A DNA stretch of 63,643 nt, filler included, from Licmophora abbreviata (taxonomy: Eukaryota): NCBI GenBank assembly GCA_900291995.1. It is 12 parts of 12 records of this genome, joined end to end, with 100 filler letters (N's around TTAATTAATTAA, not from the genome) between each part and the next. Parts side by side here need not be neighbours in the genome. Positions count along the whole stretch, not along the records: positions 30,707 to 38,575 come from OLMU01004950.1; positions 38,676 to 47,272 come from OLMU01004951.1; positions 47,373 to 49,221 come from OLMU01004953.1; 9 more parts are not named here. The stretch is one strand, 5' to 3'. Shown piece after piece: positions 34,953-47,423 of the stretch; within the stretch, counting starts at the first letter, position 1; each line of letters opens with the position of its first letter. The notes below the pieces were generated by a model. That model saw only the letters and a program-made list of their open reading frames with translations, was not told the origin of the DNA and made no database searches. The translations under genes were made by a program, and so were the position numbers.

Positions 34953-37900
34953 CTAGTATCTCCACTTACCACCCGGGCGCGGTGGAAAATCGGTCGTCTG
35001 TGATCTCGGCCTCCGACTATCGTCCGGGCCAGTCGCTGTGGACGAGCGAACATGGCTAGTAGTCTCGCCGTAGACACCAGTGTTGCCGACGCCAAATTCC
35101 CCAAATCCGTAGTTGAAGTCGATTCCTGGCACGCTCAAAGTTTGGGTCCGTCTCCGTGGAGGATGCTTCCCTACCCAGTCGAGAAGAACCTCACGTTCGT
35201 GGTCCATCTCAATGATATCCATAATGGGTTCGAAACCAAGAGCCGTCAGCTGACGCGTTCGTCTGTACCGTCTTCGACCGTCCCTTGTACCGCGAGAAAT
35301 CATCACTAGCGCTCCAGTCTCGTTCGCTTGGAGGACTGCAGGGCTGACGAAGGGCTGACTGAGCGTTTCGCCAGTGGTAATCATATCTTTCTGCGTAAGA
35401 ATTGTATCGTATGGTGCCGGTGGCTCCTCTTCGTCTGCCACATCAATCTGGGTCCAGCCAGGAAGATGGTACATGAACTTGGCAGTGATGTAGAGCGTTA
35501 CAAGCGTGCCCGACACAAGGATAGTCACCCAGTAGGAGTAAAGGGCAATCCTGAAGGGGCTATGAAGGGGCAAGTCGGCAAAAGTGTTGATCGCGGCTCG
35601 GTATGCTTGAATAGCATTTGCGTGCGCAAGAGTTGGGAAACAGAACGCAGCATGCGCGGGCGAGAACGCCTTCTTTCTGAAATCGTCCCACCGAACCCAC
35701 AGGCTTTGAATACTGGAAGCTACACCGATGCAAGCAAGAGCGAACAAGAAATGCATTAAAGGCAGGTAAACCATCCTGTGGACTCGTTGGAAGTCGGTGA
35801 CATCGGGGTGCTCCTCGACGAAAGAGGGCTGGGCCATTATCGTGAGAGCGTACAGCGACACTGCGGGTGCAGACATCTGAATCCAACAAACTGTCGCACT
35901 CATTTTCTTGTTCAATGTGACTCGAATCAAGCTGATTGGAAAGAAAAAGAAGTTCAGTGACAGCGAGACCTGCAGAGAGAAAACGACGAGCTCTCACCGG
36001 TGTAAGAAGGAAAATCTAGAACGGGCTAAGTGATCATACGTCGGTACTCACCGCCATGAGCAAGTGCCCAAGCATTGGGTAGTACAGCCAAGTCTTGACA
36101 GCGCTCAAGCCGATCCCCACCGTGTTTGGGAACCAGCTCGGCTCGGGCAGAATATGATAGGCTAGACAAATGTACAAGAACCAAATGGCAAGACACAAAT
36201 GAAGCGACGCTGCCAAAGAAACGAGGCACTGACCAATCCATCCTCGTCCTGCAAAAACGCACACAGTAGTCATGCAAAGAAGCCCTGCTGGACTTGACGT
36301 CGTCGGCGAACTCATTTCGTCCAGGACGACTCGAGGCGCCAGTGTTACCTTGGCAATGAAGCTAAACGCCAGGATTCCGGCTATCGCCGAGCACGTGAAA
36401 TGGAAATTCAGCGCAACTCTGTACATTGGATTCGAGCGATCGCAAAAAAAGCACCCTGGAAACTCAGGAAATGTGCACTGTGAAGAGTGAAAGTGTACGG
36501 GCGCGCAGGATTGTAGATTCTCTTCCGCAAACTTGAACCAAACCTGTCGACGAAAGTGTTGTATGGGGAATGAGAGAGCAATTAAAATCATCAAGACAGC
36601 AGTTAAGCCTCTCCACTTACGACGCCCAGAGTGACTATCGAAAGGGCCACTGCTCCGATTGTTAGTGGCAAGTTGCTAAGAAATGTCTCCAAAAGGCCAA
36701 GAAATTTCACCAACGCGTCAAAAAGCGGCGTCAGCTCCGACATGACACCGCGACTCAAACGACGATGCCATCGATTGTCGATAGCGATGGTTCGGGCTTC
36801 CTCCGCCTCTGCAATCGCTTCAGCTTTCCACTTAGCAATAAGTCTTGCTCTCTCCTTCTCAAATTTCTTCACCTTTTGCCTTGATGCAGCCCGGTATGAG
36901 CCGGACGACGATGAAACCGCGGCCTCAGGGTCGGAATCCTCGGAAGCTCCAGAGTTCTCCCGATTCCGCGCGCGACGCTTCCGATGCTGCTTTCTTCCTT
37001 TTCTCTTCCTGCGTTTTTTCTAGATTTCGAAGGGAAAAAGAATCATGTTGGAAGATGCTTTCGATACAAGAGCAACGCGTCGATTGAGAGAACTCACATT
37101 GGTATCCTCCGGAATGATTCGCGAGGCGGACCGATTGTCCCAGCGTCGTGTCACCTCTTCTCCGCGAGAAATGAGGTGCGAGGCGTCGCCGTAGTGCAAC
37201 GACATGTCACGACTCGTATGCAGTGACTCTCCATATCTTCCGTGCTTCCAAGATTCAGAGTGCGGAGCACGATCCCTGTCGCGTTGCTCGTGCGTGCTGA
37301 TACCTGACGGAGGCAAGAGGGATGTGCGTTCATCTGCTTCCCTGTCCTCCATTGTCGATGATTCATCTACCGACTCTCCACTGTGGGCGCAGTCCCGAAA
37401 GGACAGCTCGTTAGCGAGATGACAGGCGAATGAGATCAAAAGTCAGACGAATTCAACGTACCTTTCAGAAACGAAGCTTCCGGAACTAGCATCACCCCCC
37501 GGGATTGTCCCAGGTGCCATACGTTCTCGTCGGCTCACGTATGCTCTACCAGGAGGAGCGTACGCCAGGATTCCACCGTGAGGCGGGCTGCTTCCATACG
37601 GACCCGGATAGGCAGGGTAGTACTGGCCATACATGTGTTGGTGCGGATCGGAATGAGGGGGGCCTGGCATAACACCAGCTGCTTGATACCTCCAATCATA
37701 TTGAGACGGGTCCATAGGTGGGTGAAAATGGGACATCGGCTGGGAGGTCATTTCCTCCCACGAGTCGCGAGGAACAGACCGGTTCTGAGAGGAACGAGGA
37801 GACGACGGTGGTCTGCGACGGACAACCTCCATGTAAGAAAAATCACCCGAACGCATTCTCAAATACACAACGGCAAGCCATACTCACCGTCCCCGATAGG

Positions 37901-39469
37901 TGGTGTCTTGCATAGCCTGCTGCATTTTTACCCTGTCATATTCCGATCGCTGCAAGAGCTCCTGGTTCTGGAAATGATAATCCTCCAAAACCGGCCGTGG
38001 TCCAACTTCACCACTAGGTTTGTCCGTAGCAGATCCCAATGACGAAATTGACCCGGAGCTTGCACCTCGAATGTGCTGGACGTGTTGAGCTGGCAGTGGA
38101 GGCGGGTGACCAGGCGGTGGCGGTGGCGTCTCTAGAGGTGCACGGGAGGGTCGCTGTGGTCGTGGAGGTGCGGAAGACTCCAGTTCCACCGACCCGTTAG
38201 AGTCCGCACTAGCAGTCCTGCTGCGTGGTGGACCTGTGAACATAAAACAAAACGACGTTAGCGGATCGTCAAAGCTGGCGATAGCGAAATGCGACTCGTC
38301 GAGGAAACGACCAGGAGAGTAGACGTACCACCACCAGCCCCGCTCAGGGCACGAGCGTGCCCGCTGGGGGGAAGCGAGTGATACGGTGGCTTCCCTGTTG
38401 GATCAACTGGTCCTACACTCTTCGATTTTGAGCCCTCCTTTCTTGGTTTGCCTCCCACATGCTTTGTCGTTTGAGGCTGCTGCTGTTGCGGCGCATGCGT
38501 GCGGGTCCCGCCGTCTGCGGCTATCGGCATCGGTCCACCCATCATGTAGGGTACAGGCATCGGCTGTTGTAGGTANNNNNNNNNNNNNNNNNNNNNNNNN
38601 NNNNNNNNNNNNNNNNNNNTTAATTAATTAANNNNNNNNNNNNNNNNNNNNNNNNNNNNNNNNNNNNNNNNNNNNCGCGTACGGCGGATAGTGCATAGGG
38701 TGCGGAGGCTGCTGGAAGTGTTGATTGGGTCGCCTCATGCCGTGACCACTAGTCGGGTGTTTCTGCATGGAACGCTGCTGCTGCTGCTGCTGCTGTTGAA
38801 AGACCTGAGGCGACTGAAACGGCGGGGGTGGAATTTGCTGCTGTTGTTGCATTTGCTGACGTCTTTCCATCAATTTCCGACGCTGAGTATAAGGCAAAAA
38901 CTGGACGGGTGTATGAATTGGAGGAGACGGTGGGGTCTTGTATACGTCAATACTTCGAGGCGATGCCCGAGACCCCGTAAGTCGAAAGGATTCGTTGCTG
39001 GCCATACTATCAAAACTGGGGAATCTATCATGATTGTTCGCCTGTTGCACTTCTCCGGGCCGGGGCTCTCCAGCAGTGCCTCCAGCGGGAAATGAAAATA
39101 CAATGCTGGGGCGGCCAGAATGAAGAGAGTGAGATATTTGGGAAATACAATAATCGCAAAGTCAAAAATACCTAGTTTTTCGTACCTGCCATCGCTGGCA
39201 TCCGAGTCGTACAAAGTGGTTGGATGAGAACCAAACTGATGCTCCGGAGTAAGAGGTGGCATATCGCTGTCGGCGCTGTTCTTTCGAAAGTCGATAGTCC
39301 GTCGGGTTTCGATCGTTGGCGAATTTTGGGCATTGTTTCCTCGACTGTGCGAAGCGGTCGAGGATGGTGAGACATAGGACGATGGACGTTCTACGACGGT
39401 GTCTTCCTCCTTTTGAGGGGACGAGGGCTGGGACGTTTCGTCAGATTCTTCCCCGGGCGAGGTCGCCAT
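34953..39469 (-). CDS. TDT/SLAC1-family (tellurite-resistance/dicarboxylate transporter, anion channel) membrane protein with very long disordered N-terminus; multi-exon, spans the fourth spacer
   Basis: TM region LDEMSSPTTSSPAGLLCMT...PEPSWFPNTVGIG...WIQMSAPAVSLYA...FSPAHAAFCFPTLAHANA. Upstream Pro/Gln/Ser-rich minus-strand ORFs are linked by splice signals; that they form one gene is inferred. Confidence 0.65.
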
Positions 39470-39998
39470 GGTAGTCAGGCCTCAATCAAGCGGCAGAGAA
39501 CGCAAGAGAGCGATCGATGCCGAGTGAGGCTTGAGAAGGAGAGTGATGAGATTGATTCATTCATTCAGTGAGATGATATGTATACGCCTGACCAAAACGA
39601 AGGGGGCGCGCACATCAGCCCGCGCGCTTGCGCGATGAACGTAAGCGAGCTCATTCATTCATCGATCATCCTAGAGCTCGAACGTTTTGGTATCCTTCAG
39701 CTCTGAATACACATTTTTATACTCTCCTCATAGCATAACATATAATTCCGTTCAAATTTTCTGGTACTTAGATGACGGTTTTGCGATCAATAAATGAGAC
39801 AGACTATGCTCACTTACGTGGGTGCTCGATATTAAAGATTTGACACATATTGTTTCTTATGAATGCGTTGAATGATAAAAGCGAACAGGTGTGCTGGCGC
39901 GCTCAACGCTTGCATTTTGCTCTTGTTGGAGGGAGGTTCTCTTGCGATGACTTCTCAAAATTTCCTCGGTGTGGTGAAGTGAAACCAACGGAAGGACG

Positions 39999-42900
39999 AT
40001 GGCGCCTCGGGAAGCGACGGGGGCTTTCCCCGATCAGTATCTGACTTTCGACTATGACGCATCTACGGTGCTGGGGGTACCGCCGATGCACGAGGCGGTT
40101 CCAGTGGGAACAACGGACGAGGACGGAGAGGGACCTTCAGCAGTCAGTGCTCCGCAACCCGCTGCTGGCGCGTTGAATCACGTAGGGGCTGGTACCAACG
40201 GACCCTTGGGTGCTTCAAGCCCCATGGCTCCTCAGATTGACCCCCTTTCCATTGATCCTACCTTTTATCACTCTTCTCCTTGGACTGGCTCGCTGCAGAC
40301 GCCCCATGGTCTTCATGCGCGTACTCTTTCGGGCTTTGACGAGCACCCGCTCCCTGCAGCCAGGACCGTGAGCGTTGGCTCCTTGACAGTCACTAGCAGC
40401 ACCGGGAGCTCGCCCCATACGGCGGTCCTGGATCAGTTTAGCACGGCGGAAACACTACAGCAGTCGAGTCCCACCGATTTGAGCCAATTAGGAATCGACG
40501 CCAGCGTACCGTCGCTACCATCGCCGACACACTTTGGACAGTCGCCGATCCCGATTGAATCGACTCTTGCAGGGTCGGGACGACTCATCAGAATGCGACC
40601 CTTCCAGCACGCCTTTCGTTCCGTTCTCGACAGTAGCACTTCGATTGAGAGTGATGATGAGGACGAGGATGATATCCCGGGACTTGACACGACTCTAGTC
40701 AGTGCTGCTTCACTTGCCCGTAACCATCCCAACGAAGTGTCAATGGACGACCTCCCTAACGCTACAAACACGCACGTCGTTAGCGAAGAAGTTGGCAGCT
40801 ATTCTGGCCTCACGCCTGTGGATGCCGGTAGCTCATCTTCTACTGCGTCCAGTCAGTCCTTTCGCATGATTCGGAGGAACGATGGCTTCGACATAAGCAA
40901 CGAGTCTCCTCCTTCACCCGAACCCACTGCATCCGTCAATGAAATTGTGCCAACATCTCCTACCTCTATTCACTTGACGTTTGGTCCGAATACTACTGTC
41001 GCTGACCTCAAATACTTTGCCGAAAGAGGGTGTATTGTAGCGTTGCTACAGGCGCTAACGACACCGCGTCTCATCACTTTGGGAACTCGAATGCTCGCAG
41101 ACTATGCCAAGATGCCACCTCGTCGTGTCGCTGTCGCAAGCAATCGAAGCATTCTCGAGTTCGTACAGCGCACCATGATGCAACTTTCAGAAGAGACTGA
41201 CTGGCTGGGACGCGAGTATGCTGTCGAGACCGTTCGCAGTCTTACGGCGACTGAGGAAAGCGACAAGTTTCTCATGGGGACTCCAGGCCTTCTAAATACC
41301 CTGGCGCTGGTTGCGCGAGGAGGGCCGTTTGCCACTCAAATGGAAGATGCTGTGAATCAGACAGCAATGCCCGTTACCTCTGAGAAGGCTCGTCTCCATG
41401 CGTGCATTGCCATCATGAATTTGAGCTGTGGCAAGGCCAACAAGATTGAGATTGCCAAGATCCCGGACGTTCTGGAAGCTATGCGAGACGTCATGACCAA
41501 TAGCAGCGACGAAGCTCGCCTCAAGGCGACAACATGTGTCAAGAACTTGAGTAACGCCGATGCCAATGATGCAGCACTGCTTGGAACGACAGGACTCGTC
41601 GAAGCGTTGGGCAGCGTTGCATCTGTCACTTGCACGCCCAAAACGGGAGCGACTATCTGCACGACCAATGCCTGCCTTGCACTGATGAATCTTTCCATTT
41701 CAAAGGCCAACAAACATCACGTGTTCCGGACACCAGGGATCATGGACGCGCTTATGACGGTCCTGGAACGCACGACGGCACAAGGGTCGTCGAATGAAGC
41801 ACGTATCAAGGCTTGTTCGGCCCTTTCGAATCTTGCCATTGGATATGACAACAAGATCCCCATGTTTGCCTATCCTGGCTTTGTTGACTCCATTCTGAAT
41901 GTCATTCAAACAGATACGGGAGAGGCCAGGACCAAAGCGTGTTCGATTCTTTGGAGCTTCGCGGCTGAAATGAAGAATCAAGTGCCGGTATGTTTGACTG
42001 TAGACAAGTGCGACTCCATGTGTCCTAGTTGCATGCGCTCACCGTTGATTGTTGTACCTATATTCTGATCCGATCAATGTAGGTGGTAGAACGAGGGGAT
42101 ATTCTACCTGTGCTCGTCCACGTAGCGGAAGAAGATGGCACGACGGAAGCAAGGTTCAAGTGCGTCGCCGCACTGACTCTTCTTGCGGAATCACTCGAGA
42201 ACGCCGTTTCGCTGCTCGAGGCTGGCGCCCTCGCCCCGCTCATGGATATTCTTCACGAAGCAGGTCCCGATCCTACGCAGTGGAAAGGGCAGACGGCTTC
42301 GTGGTGCGTCGGCTTCCTCATGAACATTGCACAGAGTGATGAGGCCGTGCCTACGCTTCGGGAATCGGGTGTCGTCGAGCTTCTAGCTCCGCTCCTTACT
42401 CTCGATCACTACCAAAGTCTCAAGGCCGCAATGGCTGTAACCTTTGTCTGTCGTTACGACGAAGGAGATGAGACCTACGACTTGCTTCGGCAAACGGAGA
42501 ACGTGATACCGAAGATTATTAGTTTACTTCATAATACGCTGTCTGGTCGCGGGGGAAACGGCTACAAGTATGGCGTGTTCACTCTTCGCTCATCGGTTGG
42601 GTGTATTGCTGCTTTGGCTTCTGGCCCCGACTTTATGAAGGAACGAGTCGCTACCGGACCTGTCTACGAGAGCCTTCTCCGTGTTGTCGTCGACTTTTGC
42701 GTTGATGGCGGAACGCCAGGGGCCATCGTTGGTGGTGGTCGTGATGACGCTCTGAGTGCGACTCTGGCAGTGCGTGCGCTGCAGCTATTGACTGGTCATC
42801 TCATTCCGATTGTCGGAAGCAGCGCTCTACCTTTTGGTAGCTCCATGGAAGAACGGCTTCTCACGGCACTTGCGAGTTTCGAGTGCTGCACGCATCCCGA

Positions 42901-43447
42901 GATTCGCGACGAGACTCGTCGCCTCGCGACCGATTCGAAAGATCGTATACAGGGCGGCAAGCGTGCCTCGCGAATGCACCCCGCAGCCTGCGCGATTGTT
43001 GGCGACGGTCATGACGTCGATATGGGCGACATCGCATCGTTGGCGAGTAATTGCTGTGGCCTGGAAGCTCTGCCGAATATTGGGGGAGACTTTCTACAAT
43101 CGCTTAGCCTCCCCCCGGACGGAACGAGAGCTATTCCTACGCCCTCTCCAGTAAACGAAAAGGAATTCGAAAGCGCTGCTCCTGTGCGAACATTTCTATT
43201 GGCGGATGCAACAACCGGTCGTCGTTATGCTGTTCCGACGGATCCGAGTGGCGGTCGCCTCTTTAATGACGGTCGCGTATGGTGCTATCGAAGAGGCCGG
43301 TTCTGCACGAATGGAGAAACACCTGACGAGAATTTCAAGTGGAATGATGAATTGCAGGATGCTTATGAATCTGCGCTTGAGAGACATGGCCCGTTGGCGA
43401 CGCCGCCTGGCTCTGTCGTCGTCGTCGTGGGAATCGGAGGACAATAA
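39999..43447 (+). CDS. Armadillo-repeat protein; intron 41988-42082
   Basis: Repeats ARLHACIAIMNLS..KANK, ARLKATTCVKNLS, ARIKACSALSNLA...DNK, ARTKACSILWSFA and ARFKCVAALTLLA; GTATGT..TAG intron joins the ORFs in frame. Confidence 0.85.
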
Positions 43448-43543
43448 GGACCTCTCGTTTATAGTCTTCTACTGTAACGGCATTGAAAAGGATAGAAATA
43501 ATTAACAGGGAATCACATTATTCTCACAAGTACATAGCCAAGT

Positions 43544-43661
43544 AGTGCATCGCGCTTCCCAATCCTCATTTGATTCTCGTGTAGTGACAGGACTTCGTTC
43601 AGAGTGCATCGTGCTTCCCGATCCTCATTTGATTCTGGTGTAGTGACAGGACTTCGTTCAG
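43544..43661. repeat. Direct tandem duplication, 2 x 59 bp
   Basis: agtgcatcg(c/t)gcttccc(a/g)atcctcatttgattct(c/g)gtgtagtgacaggacttcgttcag at 43544-43602 and 43603-43661, with 3 mismatches. Confidence 0.95.
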
Positions 43662-43775
43662 ACGGTTAGTCACCCATTGTCGTACCGGTACAAAAATCGC
43701 TATGCGCTCGGGCAGAGCCCCTCGTGCTCGTTCGACCTTCTGCAGCAGCATACAGCATGAAATGGTAACTCGAAA

Positions 43776-46298
43776 TTACACCTTGTCTCCAGAGAACGAA
43801 CCCCAGCCCTCCGCCGACGCCTTCTTCGTCCATTCGTAGGCTGACTCTTCAAGTATATCAAGAATCTCATTGCAGACATTGTTTTCTTTCGCTTTGTCAA
43901 TCGGGGTCTGTCCGTTGCTATTCGACAAAAGAACAGCGGCGGGAGCTGCGTCGATTAAACTCTGAACGATGGCGGCTGATGTCGACTGAGATGCAGCGTA
44001 GTGGAGAGGTGCGTCCTGGCTTTTATTCTGCATGGAGGCGGAATCTGGCCAAGCCGACAGCAGCAGCTCGATAACCTCTGGCGTGGCACGATACGCCGTG
44101 GCACAGTGCAGTGGAAGATTCCCATACTGATTCTGAATGAAAATGGCATCGGGATAGGCTTCCAGGAGGAGCTTCACTACGCTTTTTGAAGCATGGTACT
44201 TGGAGGCGTCGTGCAAGGGAGTATTCTCGCTCTTGTTGCGCACTTGGGCTGCTTCAGGATTTGCACGAAGTAGAGCTTTCACGACGGAATCTCTGACTTG
44301 AGACTGTGCGGCCAGGTGCAGGGCTAAATGCCCCCGTTGTGTGCGCATGCTGGCTGCCTCTGGGCACAAGTGCAAGAGCTCCCTGATGAGTTGAGACGGA
44401 GCACGACTGTTCTGAGCTGCAACGTGCAACGGGGTGCGTTTCAAGCGATCGGCAGTCCTTGCAGCGTCTCGAGTTGCCAAAGCACCGACAACAGCTGTCA
44501 GGTCGCCTATATTGGGATGCGCGCACAACATATGGAGAGGTGTGGCACCGAACGCGTTCGGCATGGCGACTGCTTCGGAGGCTTGGGGGCCCACAATGAA
44601 CGAGAGAAGTGCCGGCGGTGCGTCGAATAGCACACAGCAATGGAGAGGATTCAACTTTACCGAAACGACAAGGCATGGAAAACATGAACCGTGAAAAGAG
44701 TTAGAGTAGTGTCTCATATCGTACAACAGCTACAATTCAACTAGGTACATTACCTGATCAGTGTTCAACATTACGAGAGGACTCGTTGTGCTTCCCTGTT
44801 CATCATCATCTACACTAGAAGCGAGCAACTCGACCAATCTTGATAAATTCCTGTCCTGTCGGGCTTCCTCCGACAGCATCGACGAGGCATTGGTGGCCAA
44901 TACATGAAGCGGTGTATCGCCGTTCGTCGTGGCATGATGAAGGCCCTGAGGATACGAATCGACCAGCAGCTTCATTACGGAGTACGACGTACATCCCGAC
45001 GCAGCAAGATAATGTAGCGGGAGCATCCCTCGCTCGTCTTCTACCTGGGCTGCGCTCGGGGCGCCTTCCAACAAACACATTAGCACTCGCTCGTGTGCGT
45101 GGGCCGCGACGGCAACGTGCAGAGGAGTCGCACCGGTATTGTCTTGCAAAACTGCCGCTTCCATGGATGCATTTAACATGACCGACACGGCAGCCTCTGC
45201 TGCCGCCTCTATAGCGAACTCCGCGGTCTTCCTGCTACACGCAGGGCTCGAAACAAGTAGGTGCAGCGGAGTATCGCCTTGCGAGTTCTGCATCTGAAGA
45301 GACTGCCGTCCGTTTTTCACTAAACACTTTAGAACACTCACGTCCAATTTTCCCGGTACTACTTCTTCAAGATTTGCGGCGCACAGGTGCAAAGGGGTGT
45401 TGCCATCCGAATCTCGAGCCACACAAGCAGTTTGAGCGCCGCGAGGCCCTGCTACAGCCTCAACAACGAATTTGGTCAACGCCGGCGGCGCTTTCCAGGC
45501 GGACACATGCAGGACTGTTGCGTGGTCGGCTCCTGGTAACGTGAGACTAGGGATGATAAAATTTGGCTGATCTTGCAACAGAAGAAGAATCGCGTGCATC
45601 TCCGCCCACGACGAGGAAGCGAGCGTGCGGTGCAACTCACGCGAGAACTTTTCCGGTGACGCTGAACCGACTAGCTCTTCTACAGCAGCGATGGAGCCAC
45701 GGTGCCCCTCGGCTTTCTTTCCATACTCATTGTCATGTGGACGATAGCCCAATTGTTCTTTTTCTCCTGGCGCAGACGGATTCATCCAGGAGGGAGTTGG
45801 GAGTGAGTCATTTCGTAGTGGTGGCACCGACGTGTCTTCAGAAAATGCGCTATCGACTCGATCAGTGAGGTTGCGTGTCGAGGGGGAAGCTCCGGACGAA
45901 TCGCTTGCTTCGGAGTGGACGTTTCGATCGCTGAGACGTTTCTGAGTGCTTTGCGACGAGCGATTCTTTGCCGCGTTGATAACATGTCGAGCAAACATGG
46001 ATCGAGGCTTTTCAGGACGATCTTCAAGAGATCGACTGGGTTCAGCATCACTAGCACTTCCAAAAAATGAGCCACGACCCTCGATGGAAGCCATTGCCCC
46101 AGCGTCATGCGTCCCGGAAAAACTAGATTCCACGCGACCATGAGCTGAAGCGAGTCGGTCTCCGAATTCGCCCGCCTCTGGAATGCCTCGCGTATCTTGG
46201 CTTTGGCCAGGCTCCATGGAATGCCGTCTTCGCCCTCGGGCGCTTTCTCGATCGAATCTTGTACTCATGTTTCTTCTGCCTTGTTCGGTAGTGTACAA
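43776..46298 (-). CDS. Ankyrin-repeat protein, at least 2 exons
   Basis: Many GNTPLHL/GDTPLH/GATPLH/GNLPLH motifs in ORFs 44730-46298 and 43776-44726; splice donor near 44753. Confidence 0.85.
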
Positions 46299-46437
46299 TG
46301 GGCTACAATCGTTTCCAGCTCTGTGATCTGTGAACTGTGATGACTTTTGTCTTGCGTATGCGGCAAGCGGAAAGAGAAAGAGGTCATCGGTCAGTTTGAT
46401 GTTACGATGTTACATGTTACGGTACCCGTAGTAGACT

Positions 46438-46487
46438 CGACTCACTCGACTTTAACGACTCACTCGACTTTAACGACTCACTCGACT
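46438..46487. repeat. 18-bp minisatellite (CGACTCACTCGACTTTAA) x2.8
   Basis: Perfect copies at 46438 and 46456 and a partial copy at 46474, upstream of the ankyrin gene. Confidence 0.9.
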
Positions 46488-47423
46488 CGAGACTGGTACT
46501 CCGATCAACTCGCCCGGAAAGAAACTAGTACTATACATCATCTCATCAACCGCTCCACATTCAACGAACATGCTACGGCCCAATGATGGAAACAACGAAG
46601 CCTGATCAAAAGACAAAGTCAAAGATGACTGTACACCCAGTAGTCTACCGAGAGGAAGAATGGCGACTGATCAATGGACGACATGGAGCCCAGCTGAGTC
46701 GCGCGCTGCCTCCACAATAATTCGTTGGCGGTCTCTAGCTAGGTGTCTACGACAAAGGCCATGAAAAGGATATCGGTACAGCCTAATTTAACGTGCCGCA
46801 GCGTGAAGACTAGGGGACCATACTAGTACCGTACTACGAATCTCGAGTGTGAAACAAAACAATGCCTTATTCTACAAATAGGGAATTGTAGCCGAAATCA
46901 GTAGCACCGGTCTTGACCCATGTTCGAGTTCGGATGCGATAAGCGTCGCGTCAATTCTTTCGCCCATACATGTACCGGTACTCGTACCTGGAAGTTTCGT
47001 ACTCGCACTCCCAACCAGTGCAGTTGCACCGCGGTAACCATACCAGATATTATATACATGCAAACAGCCCATCCCGCTCTAGATTCCGTCGCCGTCAATT
47101 CCAATACCATCCGTCGCACCGTCCTGTGGCGGCCGACTCCTCGAATCAAATAGACGCCAGTACGCGGCGAGGATACTGCCCAAGCATGAATGTGTTGTTG
47201 CTGAAAGGGCGCCCGGAAGTGAAGCAAGAGGCGGCGCCCCGATACTCCTGGCCAGGACAACTGCAAGGGCAGNNNNNNNNNNNNNNNNNNNNNNNNNNNN
47301 NNNNNNNNNNNNNNNNTTAATTAATTAANNNNNNNNNNNNNNNNNNNNNNNNNNNNNNNNNNNNNNNNNNNNGTGTTTTTACGAGGCAGTGTAGATGTCG
47401 CACGGTTTGGGGAACGCGCCGTG

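Noticed and set aside
43544..43661. Possible CRISPR array (also considered for 46438-46487 and 49945-50274)
   Set aside because: The repeats are directly adjacent with no unique spacers, or are protein-coding, and no cas genes are present.
47187..47272. Possible gene start MNVLLLKGRPEVKQ at the end of the eukaryotic contig
   Set aside because: Only 28 codons before the gap and no identifiable family.
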